From the NCBI RefSeq assembly GCF_009914755.1, contig NC_060929.1: 64,000 nt of DNA; one strand, given 5' to 3'. Source of the DNA: the human T2T-CHM13v2.0 reference genome, Homo sapiens. Under the pieces are notes generated by a model. The model was not told the DNA's origin, did no database searches, and saw nothing but the letters and a program-made list of their open reading frames with translations. Made by a program: the position numbers and the translations under genes. Positions 25,601 to 40,900 of the stretch are shown here, one piece after another. The stretch's first letter is position 1. Each line of letters begins with the position of its first letter.

Positions 25601-28600
25601 GAACGTTCCCTTAGACAGAGCAGATTTGAAACACTCTTTTTGTGCAATTGGCAAGTGGAGATTTCAAGCGCTTTGAGGTCAATGGCAGAAAAGGAAATAT
25701 CTTCGTTTCAAAACTAGACAGAATCATTCCCACAAACTGCGTTGTGATGTGTTCGTTCAACTCACAGAGTTTAACCTTTCTTTTCATAGAGCAGTTAGGA
25801 AACAGTCTGTTTGTAAATTCTGTAAGTGGATATTCTGACATCTTGTGGCCTTCGTTGGAAACGGGATTTCTTCACATTCTGCTAGACAGAAGAATTCTCA
25901 GAATCTTCCTTGTGTTGTGTGTATTCAACTCACAGAGTTGAACGATGGTTTACACAGAGCAGATTTGAAACACTCTTTTGGTGGAATTTGCAAGTGGAGA
26001 TTTCAGCCGCTTTGAGGTCAATGGTAGAAAAGGAAATATCTTCGTATAAAAACTAGACAGAATGATTCTCAGAAACTTCTTTGTGATGTGTGCGTTCAAC
26101 TCACAGAGTTTAACCTTTCTTTTCATAGAGCAGTTAGGAAACACTCTGTTTGTAAACTCTGCAAGTGGATATTCAGACGTCTTTGAGGCCTTCGTTGGAA
26201 ACGGGATTTCTTCATATTGTGCTAGACAGAAGAATTCTCAGTAACTTCCTTGTGTTGTGTGTATTCAACTCACAGAGTTGAACGATCCTTTACACAGAGC
26301 GGACTTGAAACACTCTTTTTGTGGAATTTGCAAGTGGAGATTTCAGCCGCGTTGAGGTCAATGGTAGAAAAGGAAATATCTTCGTATAAAAACTAGACAG
26401 AATGATTCTCAGAAACTCCTTTGTGATGTGTGCGTTCAACCCACAGAGTTTAACTTTTCTTTTCATAGAGCAGTTAAAAACACTCTGTTTGTAAAGTCTG
26501 CAAGTGGATATTCAGACCTCTTTGAGGCCTTCATTGGAAACGGGTTTTTTTCATATAAGGCTAGACAGAAGAATTCCCAGTAACTTCCTTGTGTTGTGTG
26601 TGTTCAACTCACAGAGTTGAACTTTCATTTACACAGAGCAGATTTGAAGCACTCTTTTTGTGGAATTTGCAAGTGGAGATTTCAAGCGCTTTGATGCCAA
26701 AGGCAGAAAAGGAAATATCTTCGTATAAAAACTAGACAGAATCATTCTCAGAAACTGCTCTGCGATGTGTGCGTTCAACTCTCAGAGTTTAACTTTTCTT
26801 TTCATTCAGCAGTTTGGAAACACTCTGTTTGTAAAGTCTGCACGTGGATATTTTGACCACTTAGAGGCCTTCGTTGGAAACGGGTTTTTTTCATGTAAGG
26901 CTAGACAGAAGAATTCTCAGTAACTTCCTTGTGTTGTGTGTATTCAACTCACAGAGTTGAACGATCCTTTACACAGAGCAGACTTGTAACACTCTTTTTG
27001 TGGAATTTGCAAGTGGAGATTTCAGCCGCTTTGAAGTCAAAGGTAGAAAAGGAAATATCTTCCTATAAAAACTAGACAGAATGATTCTCAGAAACTCCTT
27101 TGTGATGTGTGTGTTCAACTCACAGAGTTTAACCTTTTTTTTCATAGAGCAGTTAGGAAACACTCTGTTTGTAAAGTCTGCAAGTGGATATTCAGACCTC
27201 TTTGAGGCCTTCGTTGGAAACGGGTTTTTTTCATATAAGGCTAGACAGAAGAATTCCCAGTAACTTCCTTGTGTTGTGTGTGTTCAACTCACAGAGTTGA
27301 ACTTTCATTTACACAGAGCAGATTTGAAACACTCTTTTTGTGGAATTTGCAAGTGGAGATTTCAAGCGCTTTGAGGCCAAAGGCAGAAAAGGAAATATCT
27401 TCGTATAAAAACTAGACAGAATCATTCTCAGAAACTGCTCTGCGATGTGTGCGTTCAACTCTCAGAGTTTAACTTTTCTTTTCATTCAGCAGTTTGGAAA
27501 CACTCTGTTTGTAAAGTCTGCACGTGGATATTTTGACCACTTAGAGGCCTTCGTTGGAAACGGGTTTTTTTCATGTAAGGCTAGACAGAAGAATTCTCAG
27601 TAACTTCCTTGTGTTGTGTGTATTCAACTCACAGAGTTGACCGATCCTTTACACAGAGCAGACTTGTAACACTCTTTTTTTGTGGAATTTGCAAGTGGAG
27701 ATTTCAGCCGCTTTGAAGTCAATGGTAAAAAAGGAAATATCTTCGTTTCAAAACTAGACAGAATCATTCCCACAAACTGCGTTGTGATGTGTTCGTTCAA
27801 CTCACAGAGTTTAACCTTTCTTTTCATAGAGCAGTTAGGAAACAGTCTGTTTGTAAATTCTGTAAGTGGATATTCTGACATCTTGTGACCTTCGTTGGAA
27901 ACGGGATTTCTTCATATTCTGCTAGACAGAAGAATTCTCAGAATCTTCCTTGTGTTGTGTGTATTCAACTCACAGAGTTGAACGATGGTTTACACAGAGC
28001 AGATTTGAAACACTCTTTTTGTGGAATTTGCAAGTGGAGATTTCAGCCGCTTTGAGGTCAATGGTAGAAAAGGAAATATCTTCCTATAAAAACTAGACAG
28101 AATGATTCTCAGAAACTTCTTTGTGATGTGTGCGTTCAACTCACAGAGTTTAACCTTTCTTTTCATAGAGCAGTTAGGAAACACTCTGTTTGTAAACTCT
28201 GCAAGTGGATATTCAGACCTCTTTGAGGCCTTCGTTGGAAACGGGATTTCTTCATACTGTGCTAGACAGAAGAATTCTCAGTAACTTCCTTGTGTTGTGT
28301 GTATTCAACTCACAGAGTTGAACGATCCTTTGCACAGAGCAGACTTGAAACACTCTTTTTGTGGAATTTGCAAGTGGAGATTTCAGCCGCGTTGAGGTCA
28401 ACGGTAGAAAAGGAAATATCTTCGTATAAAAACTAGACAGAATGATTCTCAGAAACTCCTTTGTGATGTGTGTGTTCAACTCACAGAGTTTAACCTTTCT
28501 TTTCATAGAGCAGTTAGGAAACACTCTGTTTGTAAAGTCTGCAAGTGGATATTCAGACCTCTTTGAGGCCTTCGTTGGAAACGGGTTTTTTTCATATAAG

Positions 28601-31600
28601 GCTAGACAGAAGAATTCCCAGTAACTTCCTTGTGTTGTGTGTGTTCAACTCACAGAGTTCAACTTTCATTTACACAGAGCAGATTTGAAACACTCTTTTT
28701 GTGGAATTTGCAAGTGGAGATTTCAAGCGCTTTGAGGCCAAAGGCAGAAAAGGAAATACCTTCGTATAAAAACTAGACAGAATCATTCTCAGAAACTGCT
28801 CTGCGATGTGTGCGTTCAACTCTCAGAGTTTAACTTTTCTTTTCATTCAGCAGTTTGTAAACACTCTGTTTGTAAAGTCTGCACGTGGATATTTTGACCA
28901 CTTAGAGGCCTTTGTTGGAAACGGGTTTTTTTCCTGTAAGGCTAGACAGAAGACTTCCCAGTAACTTCCTTGCGTTGTGTACATTCAACTCACAGAGTTG
29001 AACGTTCCCTTAGACAGAGCAGATTTGAAACACTCTTTTTGTGCAATTGGCAAGTGGAGATTTCAAGCGCTTTGAGGTCAATGGCAGAAAAGGAAATATC
29101 TTCGTTTCAAAACTAGACAGAATCATTCCCACAAACTGCGTTGTGATGTGTTCGTTCAACTCACAGAGTTTAACCTTTCTTTTCATAGAGCAGTTAGGAA
29201 ACAGTCTGTTTGTAAATTCTGTAAGTGGATATTCTGACATCTTGTGGCCTTCGTTGGAAACGGGATTTCTTCATATTCTGCTAGACAGAAGAATTCTCAG
29301 AATCTTCCTTGTGTTGTGTGTATTCAACTCACAGAGTTGAACGATGGTTTACACAGAGCAGATTTGAAACACTCTTTTGGTGGAATTTGCAAGTGGAGAT
29401 TTCAGCCGCTTTGAGGTCAATGGTAGAAAAGGAAATATCTTCGTATAAAAACTAGACAGAATGATTCTCAGAAACTTCTTTGTGATGTGTGCGTTCAACT
29501 CACAGAGTTTAACCTTTCTTTTCATAGAGCAGTTAGGAAACACTCTGTTTGTAAACTCTGCAAGTGGATATTCAGACGTCTTTGAGGCCTTCGTTGGAAA
29601 CGGGATTTCTTCATACTGTGCTAGACAGAAGAATTCTCAGTAACTTCCTTGTGTTGTGTGTATTCAACTCACAGAGTTGAACGATCCTTTACACAGAGCG
29701 GACTTGAAACACTCTTTTTCTGGAATTTGCAAGTGGAGATTTCAGCCGCGTTGAGGTCAATGGTAGAAAAGGAAATATCTTCGTATAAAAACTAGACAGA
29801 ATGATTCTCAGAAACTCCTTTGTGATGTGTGTGTTCAACTCACAGAGTTTAACCTTTCTTTTCATAGAGCAGTTAGGAAACACTCTGTTTGTAAAGTCTG
29901 CAAGTGGATATTCAGCCCTCTTTGAGGCCTTCGTTGGAAACGGGTTTTTTTCATATAAGGCTAGACAGAAGAATTCCCAGTAACTTCCTTGTGTTGTGTG
30001 TGTTCAACTCACAGAGATGAACTCTCATTTACACAGAGCAGATTTGAAACTCTCTTTTTGTGTAATTTGCAAATGGAGATTTCAAGCGCTTTGAGGCCAA
30101 AGGCAGAAAAGGAAATATCTTCGTATAAAAACTAGACAGAATCATTCTCAGAAACAGCTCTGCGATGTGTGCGTTCAACTCTCAGAGTTTAACTTTTCTT
30201 TTCATTCAGCAGTTTGGAAACACTCTGTTTGTAAAGTCTGCACGTACATAATTTGACCACTTAGAGGCCTTCGTTGGAAACAGGTTTTTTTCAAGTAAGG
30301 CTAGACAGAAGAATTCTCAGTAACTTCCTTGTGTTGTGTGTATTCAACTCACACAGTTGAACGATCCTTTACACAGAGCAGACTTGTAACACTCTTTTTG
30401 TGGAATTTGCAAGTGGAGATTTCAGCCGCTTTGAAGTCAAAGGTAGAAAAGGAAATATCTTCCTATAAACACTAGACAGAATGATTCTCAGAAACTCCTT
30501 TGTGATGTGTGCGTTCAGCTCACAGAGTTTAACCTTTCTTTTCATAGAGCAGTTAGGAAACACTCTGTTTGTAAAGTCTGCAAGTGGATATTCAGACCTC
30601 TTTGAGGCCTTCGTTGGAAACGGGTTTTTTTCATATAAGGCTAGACAGAAGAATTCCCAGTAACTTCCTTGTGTTGTGTGTGTTCAACTCACAGAGTTGA
30701 ACTTTCATTTACACAGAGCAGATTTGAAACACTCTTTTTGTGGAATTTGCAAGTGGAGATTTCAAGCGCTTTGAGGCCAAAGGCAGAAAAGGAAATATCT
30801 TCGTATAAAAACTAGACAGAATCATTCTCAGAAACTGCTCTGCGATGTGTGCGTTCAACTCTCAGAGTTTAACTTTTCTTTTCCTTCAGCAGTTTGGAAA
30901 CACTCTGTTTGTAAAGTCTGCACGTGGATAATTTGACCACTTAGAGGCCTTCGTTGGAAACGGGTTTTTTTCATGTAAGGCTAGACAGAAGAATTCTCAG
31001 TAACTTCCTTGTGTTATGTGTATTCAACTCACAGAGTTGACCGATCCTTTACACAGAGCAGACTTCTAACACTCTTTTTGTGGAATTTGCAAGTGGAGAT
31101 TTCAGCCGCTTTGAAGTCAATGGTAGAAAAGGAAATATCTTCCTATAAAAACTAGACAGAATGATTCTCAGAAACTCCTTTGTGATGTGTGCGTTCAACT
31201 CACAGAGTTTAACCTTTCTTTTCATAGAGCAGTTAGGAAACACTCTGTTTGTAAAGTCTGCAAGTGGATATTCAGACCTCTTTGAGGCCTTCGTTGGAAA
31301 CGGGTTTTTTTCTTATAAGGCTAGACAGAAGAATTCCCAGTAACTTCCTTGTGTTGTGTGTGTTCAACTCACAGAGTTGAACTTTCATTTACACAGAGCA
31401 GATTTGAAACACTCTTTTTGTGGAATTTGCAAGTGGAGATTTCAAGCGCTTTGAGGCCAAAGGCAGAAAAGCAAATATCTTCGTATAAAAACTAGACAGA
31501 ATCATTCTCAGAAACTGCTCTGCGATGTGTGCGTTCAACTCTCAGAGTTTAACTTTTCTTTTCATTCAGCAGTTTGGAATCACTCTGTTTGTAAAGTCTG

Positions 31601-31900
31601 CACGTGGATATTTTGACCACTTAGAGGCCTTCGTTGGAAACGGGTTTTTTTCCTGTAAGGCTAGACAGAAGAATTCCCAGTAACTTCCTTGCGTTGTGTA
31701 CATTCAACTCACAGAGTTGAACGTTCCCTTAGACAGAGCAGATTTGAAACACTCTTTTTGTGCAATTGGCAAGTGGAGATTTCAAGCGCTTTAAGGTCAA
31801 TGGCAGAAAAGGAAATATCTTCGTTTCAAAACTAGACAGAATCATTGCCACAAACTGCGTTGTGATGTGTTCGTTCAACTCACAGAGTTTAACCTTTCTT
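19620..31900 (+). repeat. Macro-duplication copy 1 (~12.2 kb)
   Basis: An ordered series of private variants is repeated downstream at offsets 12231, 13250/13251, 14268 and 13589. Confidence 0.85.
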
Positions 31901-34900
31901 TTCATAGAGCAGTTAGGAAACAGTCTGTTTGTAAATTCTGTAAGTGGATATTCTGACAGCTTGTGGCCTTCGTTGGAAACGGGATTTCTTCATACTATGC
32001 TAGACAGAAGAATACTCAGTAACTTCCTTGTGTTGTGTGTATTCAACTCACAGAGTTGAACGATGGTTTACACAGAGCAGATTTGAAACACTCTTTTTGT
32101 GGAATTAGCAAGTGGAGATTTCAGCCGCTTTGAGGTCAATGGTAGAAAAGGAAATATCTTCGTATAAAAACTAGACAGAATGATTCTCAGAAACTCCTTT
32201 GTGATGTGTGCGTTCAACTCACAGAGTTTAACCTTTCTTTTCATAGAGCAGTTAGGAAACACTCTGTTTGTAAAGTCTGCAAGTGGATATTCAGACCTCT
32301 TTGAGGCCTTCGTTGGAAACGGGTTTTTTTCATATAAGGCTAGACAGAAGAATTCCTAGTAACTTCCTTGTGTTGTGTGTGTTCAACTCACAGAGTTGAA
32401 CTTTCATTTACACAGAGCAGATTTGAAACACTCTTTTTGTGGAATTTGCAAGTGGAGATTTCAAGCGCTTTGAGACCAAAGGCAGAAAAGGATATATCTT
32501 CGTATAAAAACTAGACAGAATCATTCTCAGTAAATGCTCTGCGATGTGTGCGTTCAACTCTCAGAGTTTAACTTTTCTTTTCATTCAGCAGTTTGGAAAC
32601 AATCTGTTTGTAAAGTCTGCACGTGGATAATTTGACCACTTAGAGGCCTTCGTTGGAAACGGGTTTTTTTCATGTAAGGCTAGACACAATTCTCAGTAAC
32701 TTCCTTGTGTTGTGTGTATTCAACTCACAGAGTTGAACGATCCTTTACACAGAGCAGACTTGGAACACTCTTTTTGTGGAATTTGCAAGTGGAGATTTCA
32801 GCCGCTTTGAAGTCAAAGGTAGAAAAGGAAATATCTTCCTATAAAAACTAGACAGAATGATTCTCAGAAACTCCTTTGTGATGTGTGCGTTCAACTCACA
32901 GAGTTTAACCTTTCTTTTCATAGAGCAGTTAGGAAACACTCTGTTTGTAAAGTCTGCAAGTGGATATTCAGACCTCTTTGAGGCCTTCGTTGGAAACGGG
33001 TTTTTTTCATATAAGGCTAGACAGAAGAATTCCCAGTAACTTCCTTGTGTTGTGTACATTCAACTCACAGAGTTGAACGTTCCCTTAGACAGAGCAGATT
33101 TGAAACACTCTTTTTGTGCAATTGGCAAGTGGAGATTTCAAGCGCTTTGTGGTCAATGGCAGAAAAGGAAATATCTTCGTTTCAAAACTACACAGAATCA
33201 TTCCCACAAACTGCGTTGTGATGTGTTCGTTCAACTCACAGACTTTAACCTTTCTTTTCATAGAGCAGTTAGGAAACAGTCTGTTTGTAAATTCTGTAAG
33301 TGGATATTCTGACATCTTGTGGCCTTCGTTGGAAACGGGATTTCTTCATATTCTGCTAGACAGAAGAATTCTCAGAATCTTCCTTGTGTTGTGTGTATTC
33401 AACTCACAGAGTTGAACGATGGTTTACACAGAGCAGATTTGAAACACTCTTTTTGTGGAATTTGCAAGTGGAGATTTCAGCCGCTTTGAGGTCAATGGTA
33501 GAAAAGGAAATATCTTCGTATAAAAACTAGACAGAATGATTCTCAGAAACTTCTTTGTGATGTGTGCGTTCAACTCACAGAGTTTAACCTTTCTTTTCAT
33601 AGAGCAGTTAGGAAACACTCTGTTTGTAAAGTCTGCAAGTGGATATTCAGACCTCTTTGAGGCCTTCGTTGGAAACGGGTTTTTTTCATATAAGGCTAGA
33701 CAGAAAAATTCCCAGTAACTTCCTTGTGTTGTGTGTGTTCAACTCACAGAGTTGAACTTTCATTTACACAGAGCAGATTTGAAACACTCTTTTTGTGGAA
33801 TTTGCAAGTGGAGATTTCAAACGCTTTGAGGCCAAAGGCAGAAAAGGAAATATCTTCGTATAAAAACTAGACAGAATCATTCTCAGAAACTGCTCTGCGA
33901 TGTGTGCGTTCAACTCTCAGAGTTTAACTTTTCTTTTCATTCAGCAGTTTGGAAACACTCTGTTTGTAAAGTCTGCACGTGGATATTTTGACCACTTAGA
34001 GGCCTTCGTTGGAAACGGGTTTTTTTCCTGTAAGGCTAGATAGAAGAATTCCCAGTAACTTCCTTGTGTTGTGTACATTCAACTCACAGAGTTGAACGTT
34101 CCCTTAGACAGAGCAGATTTGAAACACTCTTTTTGTGCAATTGGCAAGTGGAGAATTCAAGCGCTTTAAGGTCAATGGCAGAAAAGGAAATATCTTCGTT
34201 TCAAAACTAGACAGAATCATTCCCACAAACTGCGTTGTGATGTGTTCGTTCAACTCACAGAGTTTAACCTTTCTTTTCATAGAGCAGTTAGGAAACAGTC
34301 TGTTTGTAAATTCTGTAAGTGGATATTCTGACATCTTGTGGCCTTCGTTGGAAACGGGATTTCTTCATATTCTGCTAGACAGAAGAATTCTCAGAATCTT
34401 CCTTGTGTTGTGTGTATTCAACTCACAGAGTTGAACGATGGTTTACACAGAGCAGATTTGAAACACTCTTTTTGTGGAATTTGCAAGTGGAGATTTCAGC
34501 CGCTTTGAGGTCAATGGTAGAAAAGGAAATATCTTCGTATAAAAACTAGACAGAATGATTCTCAGAAACTTCTTTGTGATGTGTGCGTTCAACTCACAGA
34601 GTTTAACCTTTCTTTTCATAGAGCAGTTAGGAAACACTGTGTTTTTAAATTGTGCAAGTGGATATTCAGACCTCTTTGAGGCCTTCGTTGGAAATGGGAT
34701 TTCTTCATACTGTGCTGGACAGAAGAATTCTCAGTAACTTCCTTGTGTTGTGTGTTTTCAACTCAGAGAGTTGAACGATCCTTTACACAGAGCAGACTTG
34801 AAACACTCTTTTTGTGGAATTTGCAACTGGAGATTTCAGCCGCGTTGATGTCAATGGTAGAAAAGGAAATATCTTCGTATAAAAACTGGACAGAATGATT

Positions 34901-37900
34901 CTCAGAAACTCCTTTGTGATGTGTGTGTTCAACTCACAGAGTTTAACCTTTCTTTTCATAGAGCAGTTAGGAAACACTCTGTTTGTAAAGTCTGCAAGTG
35001 GATATTCAGACCTCTTTGAGGCCTTCGTTGGAAACGGGTTTTTTTCATATAAGGCTAGACAGAAAAATTCCCAGTAACTTCCTTGTGTTGTGTGTGTTCA
35101 ACTCACAGAGTTGAACTTTCATTTACACAGAGCAGATTTGAAACACTCTTTTTGTGGAATTTGCAAGTGGAGATTTCAAACGCTTTGAGGCCAAAGGCAG
35201 AAAAGGAAATATCTTCGTATAAAAACTAGACAGAATCATTCTCAGAAACTGCTCTGCGATGTGTGCGTTCAACTCTCAGAGTTTAACTTTTCTTTTCATT
35301 CAGCAGTTTGGAAACACTCTGTTTGTAAAGTCTGCACGTGGATATTTTGACCACTTAGAGGCCTTCGTTGGAAACGGGTTTTTTTCCTGTAAGGCTAGAT
35401 AGAAGAATTCCCAGTAACTTCCTTGTGTTGTGTACATTCAACTCACAGAGTTGAACGTTCCCTTAGACAGAGCAGATTTGAAACACTCTTTTTGTGCAAT
35501 TGGCAAGTGGAGAATTCAAGCGCTTTAAGGTCAATGGCAGAAAAGGAAATATCTTCGTTTCAAAACTAGACAGAATCATTCCCACAAACTGCGTTGTGAT
35601 GTGTTCGTTCAACTCACAGAGTTTAACCTTTCTTTTCATAGAGCAGTTAGGAAACAGTCTGTTTGTAAATTCTGTAAGTGGATATTCTGACATCTTGTGG
35701 CCTTCGTTGGAAACGGGATTTCTTCATATTCTGCTAGACAGAAGAATTCTCAGAATCTTCCTTGTGTTGTGTGTATTCAACTCACAGAGTTGAACGATGG
35801 TTTACACAGAGCAGATTTGAAACACTCTTTTTGTGGAATTTGCAAGTGGAGATTTCAGCCGCTTTGAGGTCAATGGTAGAAAAGGAAATATCTTCGTATA
35901 AAAACTAGACAGAATGATTCTCAGAAACTTCTTTGTCATGTGTGCGTTCAACTCACAGAGTTTAACCTTTCTTTTCATAGAGCAGTTAGGAAACACTCTG
36001 TTTGTAAACTCTGCAAGTGGATATTCAGACCTCTTTGAGGCCTTCGTTGGAAACGGGATTTCTTCATACTGTGCTAGACAGAAGAATTCTCAGTAACTTC
36101 CTTGTGTTGTGTGTATGCAACTCACAGAGTTGAACGATCCTTTACACAGAGCAGACTTGAAACACTCTTTTTGTGGAATTTGCAAGTGGAGATTTCAGCC
36201 GCGTTGAGGTCAATGGTAGAAAAGGAAATATCTTCGTATAAAAACTAGACAGAATGATTCTCAGAAACTCCTTTGTGATGTGTGTGTTCAACTCACAGAG
36301 TTTAACCTTTCTTTTCATAGAGCAGTTAGGAAACACTCTGTTTGTAAAGTCTGCAAGTGGATATTCAGACCTCTTTGAGGCCTTCGTTGGAAACGGGTTT
36401 TTTTCATATAAGGCTAGACAGAACAATTCCCAGTAACTTCCTTGTGTTGTGTGTGTTCAACTCACAGAGTTGAACTTTCATTTACACAGAGCAGATTTGA
36501 AACACTCTTTTTGTGGAATTTGCAAGTGGAGATTTCAAGCGCTTTGAGGCCAAAGGCAGAAAAGGAAATATCTTCGTATAAAAACTAGACAGAATCATTC
36601 TAAGAAACTGCTCTGCGATGGGTGTGTTCAACTCTCAGAGTTTAACTTTTCTTTTCCTTCAGCAGTTTGGAAACACTCTGTTTGTAAAGTCTGCACGTGG
36701 ATAATTTGACCACTTAGAGGCCTTCGTTGGAAACGGGTTTTTTTCATGTAAGTCTAGACAGAAGAATTCTCAGTAACTTCCTTGTGTTGTGTGTATTCAA
36801 CTCACAGAGTTGACCGATCCTTTACACAGAGCAGACTTGTAACACTCTTTTTTTGTGGAATTTGCAAGTGGAGATTTCAGCCGCTTTGAAGTCAATGGTA
36901 AAAAAGGAAATATCTTCGTTTCAAAACTAGACAGAATCATTCCCACAAACTGCGTTGTGATGTGTTCGTTCAACTCACAGAGTTTAACCTTTCTTTTCAT
37001 AGAGCAGTTAGGAAACAGTCTGTTTGTAAATTCTGTAAGTGGATATTCTGACATCTTGTGACCATCGTTGGAAACGGGATTTCTTCATATTCTGCTAGAC
37101 AGAAGAATTCTCAGAATCTTCCTTGTGTTGTGTGTATTCAACTCACAGAGTTGAACGATGGTTTACACAGAGCAGATTTGAAACACTCTTTTTGTGGAAT
37201 TTGCAAGTGGAGATTTCAGCCGCTTTGAGGTCAATGGTAGAAAAGGAAATATCTTCGTATAGAAACTAGACAGAATGATTCTCAGAAACTTCTTTGTGAT
37301 GAGTGCGTTCAACTCACAGAGTTTAACCTTTCTTTTCATAGAGCAGTTAGGAAACACTGTGTTTTTAAACTGTGCAAGTGGATATTCAGACCTCTTTGAG
37401 GCCTTCGTTGGAAACGGGATTTCTTCATACTGTGCTAGACAGAAGAATTCTCAGTAACTTCCTTCTGTTGTGTGTATTCAACTCACAGAGTTGAACGATC
37501 CTTTACACAGAGCGGACTTGAAACACTCTTTTTGTGGAATTTGCAAGTGGAGATTTCAGCCGCGTTGAGGTCAATGGTAGAAAAGGAAATATCTTCGTAT
37601 AAAAACTAGACAGAATGATTCTCAGAAACTCCTTTGTGATGTGTGTGTTCAACTCACAGAGTTTAACCTTTCTTTTCATAGAGCAGTTAGGAAACACTCT
37701 GTTTGTAAAGTCTGCAAGTGGATATTCAGACCTCTTTGAGGCCATCGTTGGAAACGGGATTTTTCATATAAGGTTAGACAGAAGAATTCCCAGTAACTTC
37801 CTTGTGTTGTGTGTGTTCAACTCACAGAGATGAACTCTCATTTACACAGAGCAGATTTGAAACACTCTTTTTGTGGAATTTGCAAGTGGAGATTTCAAGC

Positions 37901-40900
37901 GCTTTGAGGCCAAAGGCAGAAAAGGAAATATCTTCGTATAAAAACTAGACAAAATCATTCTCAGAAACTGCTCTGCGATGTGTGTGTTCAACTCTCAGAG
38001 TTTAACTTTTCTTTTCATTCAGCAGTTTGGAAACACTCTGTTTGTAAAGTCTGCACGTGGATAATTTGACCACTTAGAGGCCTTCATTGGAAACGGGTTT
38101 TTTTCATGTAAGGCTAGACAGAAGAATTCTCAGTAACTTCCTTGTGTTGTGTGTATTCAACTCACAGAGTTGACCGATCCTTTACACAGAGCAGACTTGT
38201 AACACTCTTTTTGTGGAATTTGCAAGTGGAGATTTCAGCCGCTTTGAAGTCAATGGTAGAAAAGGAAATATCTTCCTATAAAAACTAGACAGAATGATTC
38301 TCAGAAACTCCTTTGTGATGTGTGCGTTCAACTCACAGAGTTTAACCTTTCTTTTCATAGAGCAGTTAGGAAACACTCTGTTTGTAAAGTCTGCAAGTGG
38401 ATATTCAGACCTCTTTGAGGCCTTCGTTGGAAACGGGTTTTTTTCATATAAGGCTAGACAGAAGAATTCCCAGTAACTTCCTTGTGTTGTGTGTGTTCAA
38501 CTCACAGAGTTGAACTTTCATTTACACAGAGCAGATTTGAAACACTCTTTTTGTGGAATTTGCAAGTGGAGATTTCAAGCGCTTTGAGGCCAAAGGCAGA
38601 AAAGGAAATACTTTCGTATAAAAACTAGACAGAATCATTCTCAGAAACTGCTCTGCGATGTGTGCGTTCAACTCTCAGAGTTTAACTTTTCTTTTCATTC
38701 AGCAGTTTGGAAACACTCTGTTTGTAAAGTCTGCACGTGGATATTTTGACCACTTAGAGGCCTTCGTTGGAAACGGGATTTTTTCCTGTAAGGCTAGACA
38801 GAAGAATTCCCAGTAACTTCCTTGCGTTGTGTACATTCAACTCACAGAGTTGAACGTTCCCTTAGACAGAGCAGATTTGAAACACTCTTTTTGTGCAATT
38901 GGCAAGTGGAGATTTCAAGCGCTTTGAGGTCAATGGCAGAAAAGGAAATATCTTCGTTTCAAAACTAGACAGAATCATTCCCACAAACTGCGTTGTGATG
39001 TGTTCGTTCAACTCACAGAGTTTAACCTTTCTTTTCATAGAGCAGTTAGGAAACAGTCTGTTTGTAAATTCTGTAAGTGGATATTCTGACATCTTGTGGC
39101 CTTCGTTGGAAACGGGATTTCTTCACATTCTGCTAGACAGAAGAATTCTCAGAATCTTCCTTGTGTTGTGTGTATTCAACTCACAGAGTTGAACGATGGT
39201 TTACACAGAGCAGATTTGAAACACTCTTTTGGTGGAATTTGCAAGTGGAGATTTCAGCCGCTTTGAGGTCAATGGTAGAAAAGGAAATATCTTCGTATAA
39301 AAACTAGACAGAATGATTCTCAGAAACTTCTTTGTGATGTGTGCGTTCAACTCACAGAGTTTAACCTTTCTTTTCATAGAGCAGTTAGGAAACACTCTGT
39401 TTGTAAACTCTGCAAGTGGATATTCAGACGTCTTTGAGGCCTTCGTTGGAAACGGGATTTCTTCATACTGTGCTAGACAGAAGAATTCTCAGTAACTTCC
39501 TTGTGTTGTGTGTATTCAACTCACAGAGTTGAACGATCCTTTACACAGAGCGGACTTGAAACACTCTTTTTGTGGAATTTGCAAGTGGAGATTTCAGCCG
39601 CGTTGAGGTCAATGGTAGAAAAGGAAATATCTTCGTATAAAAACTAGACAGAATGATTCTCAGAAACTCCTTTGTGATGTGTGCGTTCAACCCACAGAGT
39701 TTAACCTTTCTTTTCATAGAGCAGTTAAAAACACTCTGTTTGTAAAGTCTGCAAGTGGATATTCAGACCTCTTTGAGGCCTTCATTGGAAACGGGTTTTT
39801 TTCATATAAGGCTAGACAGAAGAATTCCCAGTAACTTCCTTGTGTTGTGTGTGTTCAACTCACAGAGTTGAACTTTCATTTACACAGAGCAGATTTGAAG
39901 CACTCTTTTTGTGGAATTTGCAAGTGGAGATTTCAAGCGCTTTGATGCCAAAGGCAGAAAAGGAAATATCTTCGTATAAAAACTAGACAGAATCATTCTC
40001 AGAAACTGCTCTGCGATGTGTGCGTTCAACTCTCAGAGTTTAACTTTTCTTTTCATTCAGCAGTTTGGAAACACTCTGTTTGTAAAGTCTGCACGTGGAT
40101 ATTTTGACCACTTAGAGGCCTTCGTTGGAAACGGGTTTTTTTCATGTAAGGCTAGACAGAAGAATTCTCAGTAACTTCCTTGTGTTGTGTGTATTCAACT
40201 CACAGAGTTGAACGATCTTTTACACAGAGCAGACTTGTAACACTCTTTTTGTGGAATTTGCAAGTGGAGATTTCAGCCGCTTTGAAGTCAAAGGTAGAAA
40301 AGGAAATATCTTCCTATAAAAACTAGACAGAATGATTCTCAGAAACTCCTTTGTGATGTGTGTGTTCAACTCACAGAGTTTAACCTTTTTTTTCATAGAG
40401 CAGTTAGGAAACACTCTGTTTGTAAAGTCTGCAAGTGGATATTCAGACCTCTTTGAGGCCTTCGTTGGAAACGGGTTTTTTTCATATAAGGCTAGACAGA
40501 AGAATTCCCAGTAACTTCCTTGTGTTGTGTGTGTTCAACTCACAGAGTTGAACTTTCATTTACACAGAGCAGATTTGAAACACTCTTTTTGTGGAATTTG
40601 CAAGTGGAGATTTCAAGCGCTTTGAGGCCAAAGGCAGAAAAGGAAATATCTTCGTATAAAAACTAGACAGAATCATTCTCAGAAACTGCTCTGCGATGTG
40701 TGCGTTCAACTCTCAGAGTTTAACTTTTCTTTTCATTCAGCAGTTTGGAAACACTCTGTTTGTAAAGTCTGCACGTGGATATTTTGACCACTTAGAGGCC
40801 TTCGTTGGAAACGAGATTTTTTCCTGTAAGGCTAGACAGAAGAATTCCCAGTAACTTCCTTGTGTAGTGTACATTCAACTCACAGAGTTGAACGTTCCCT

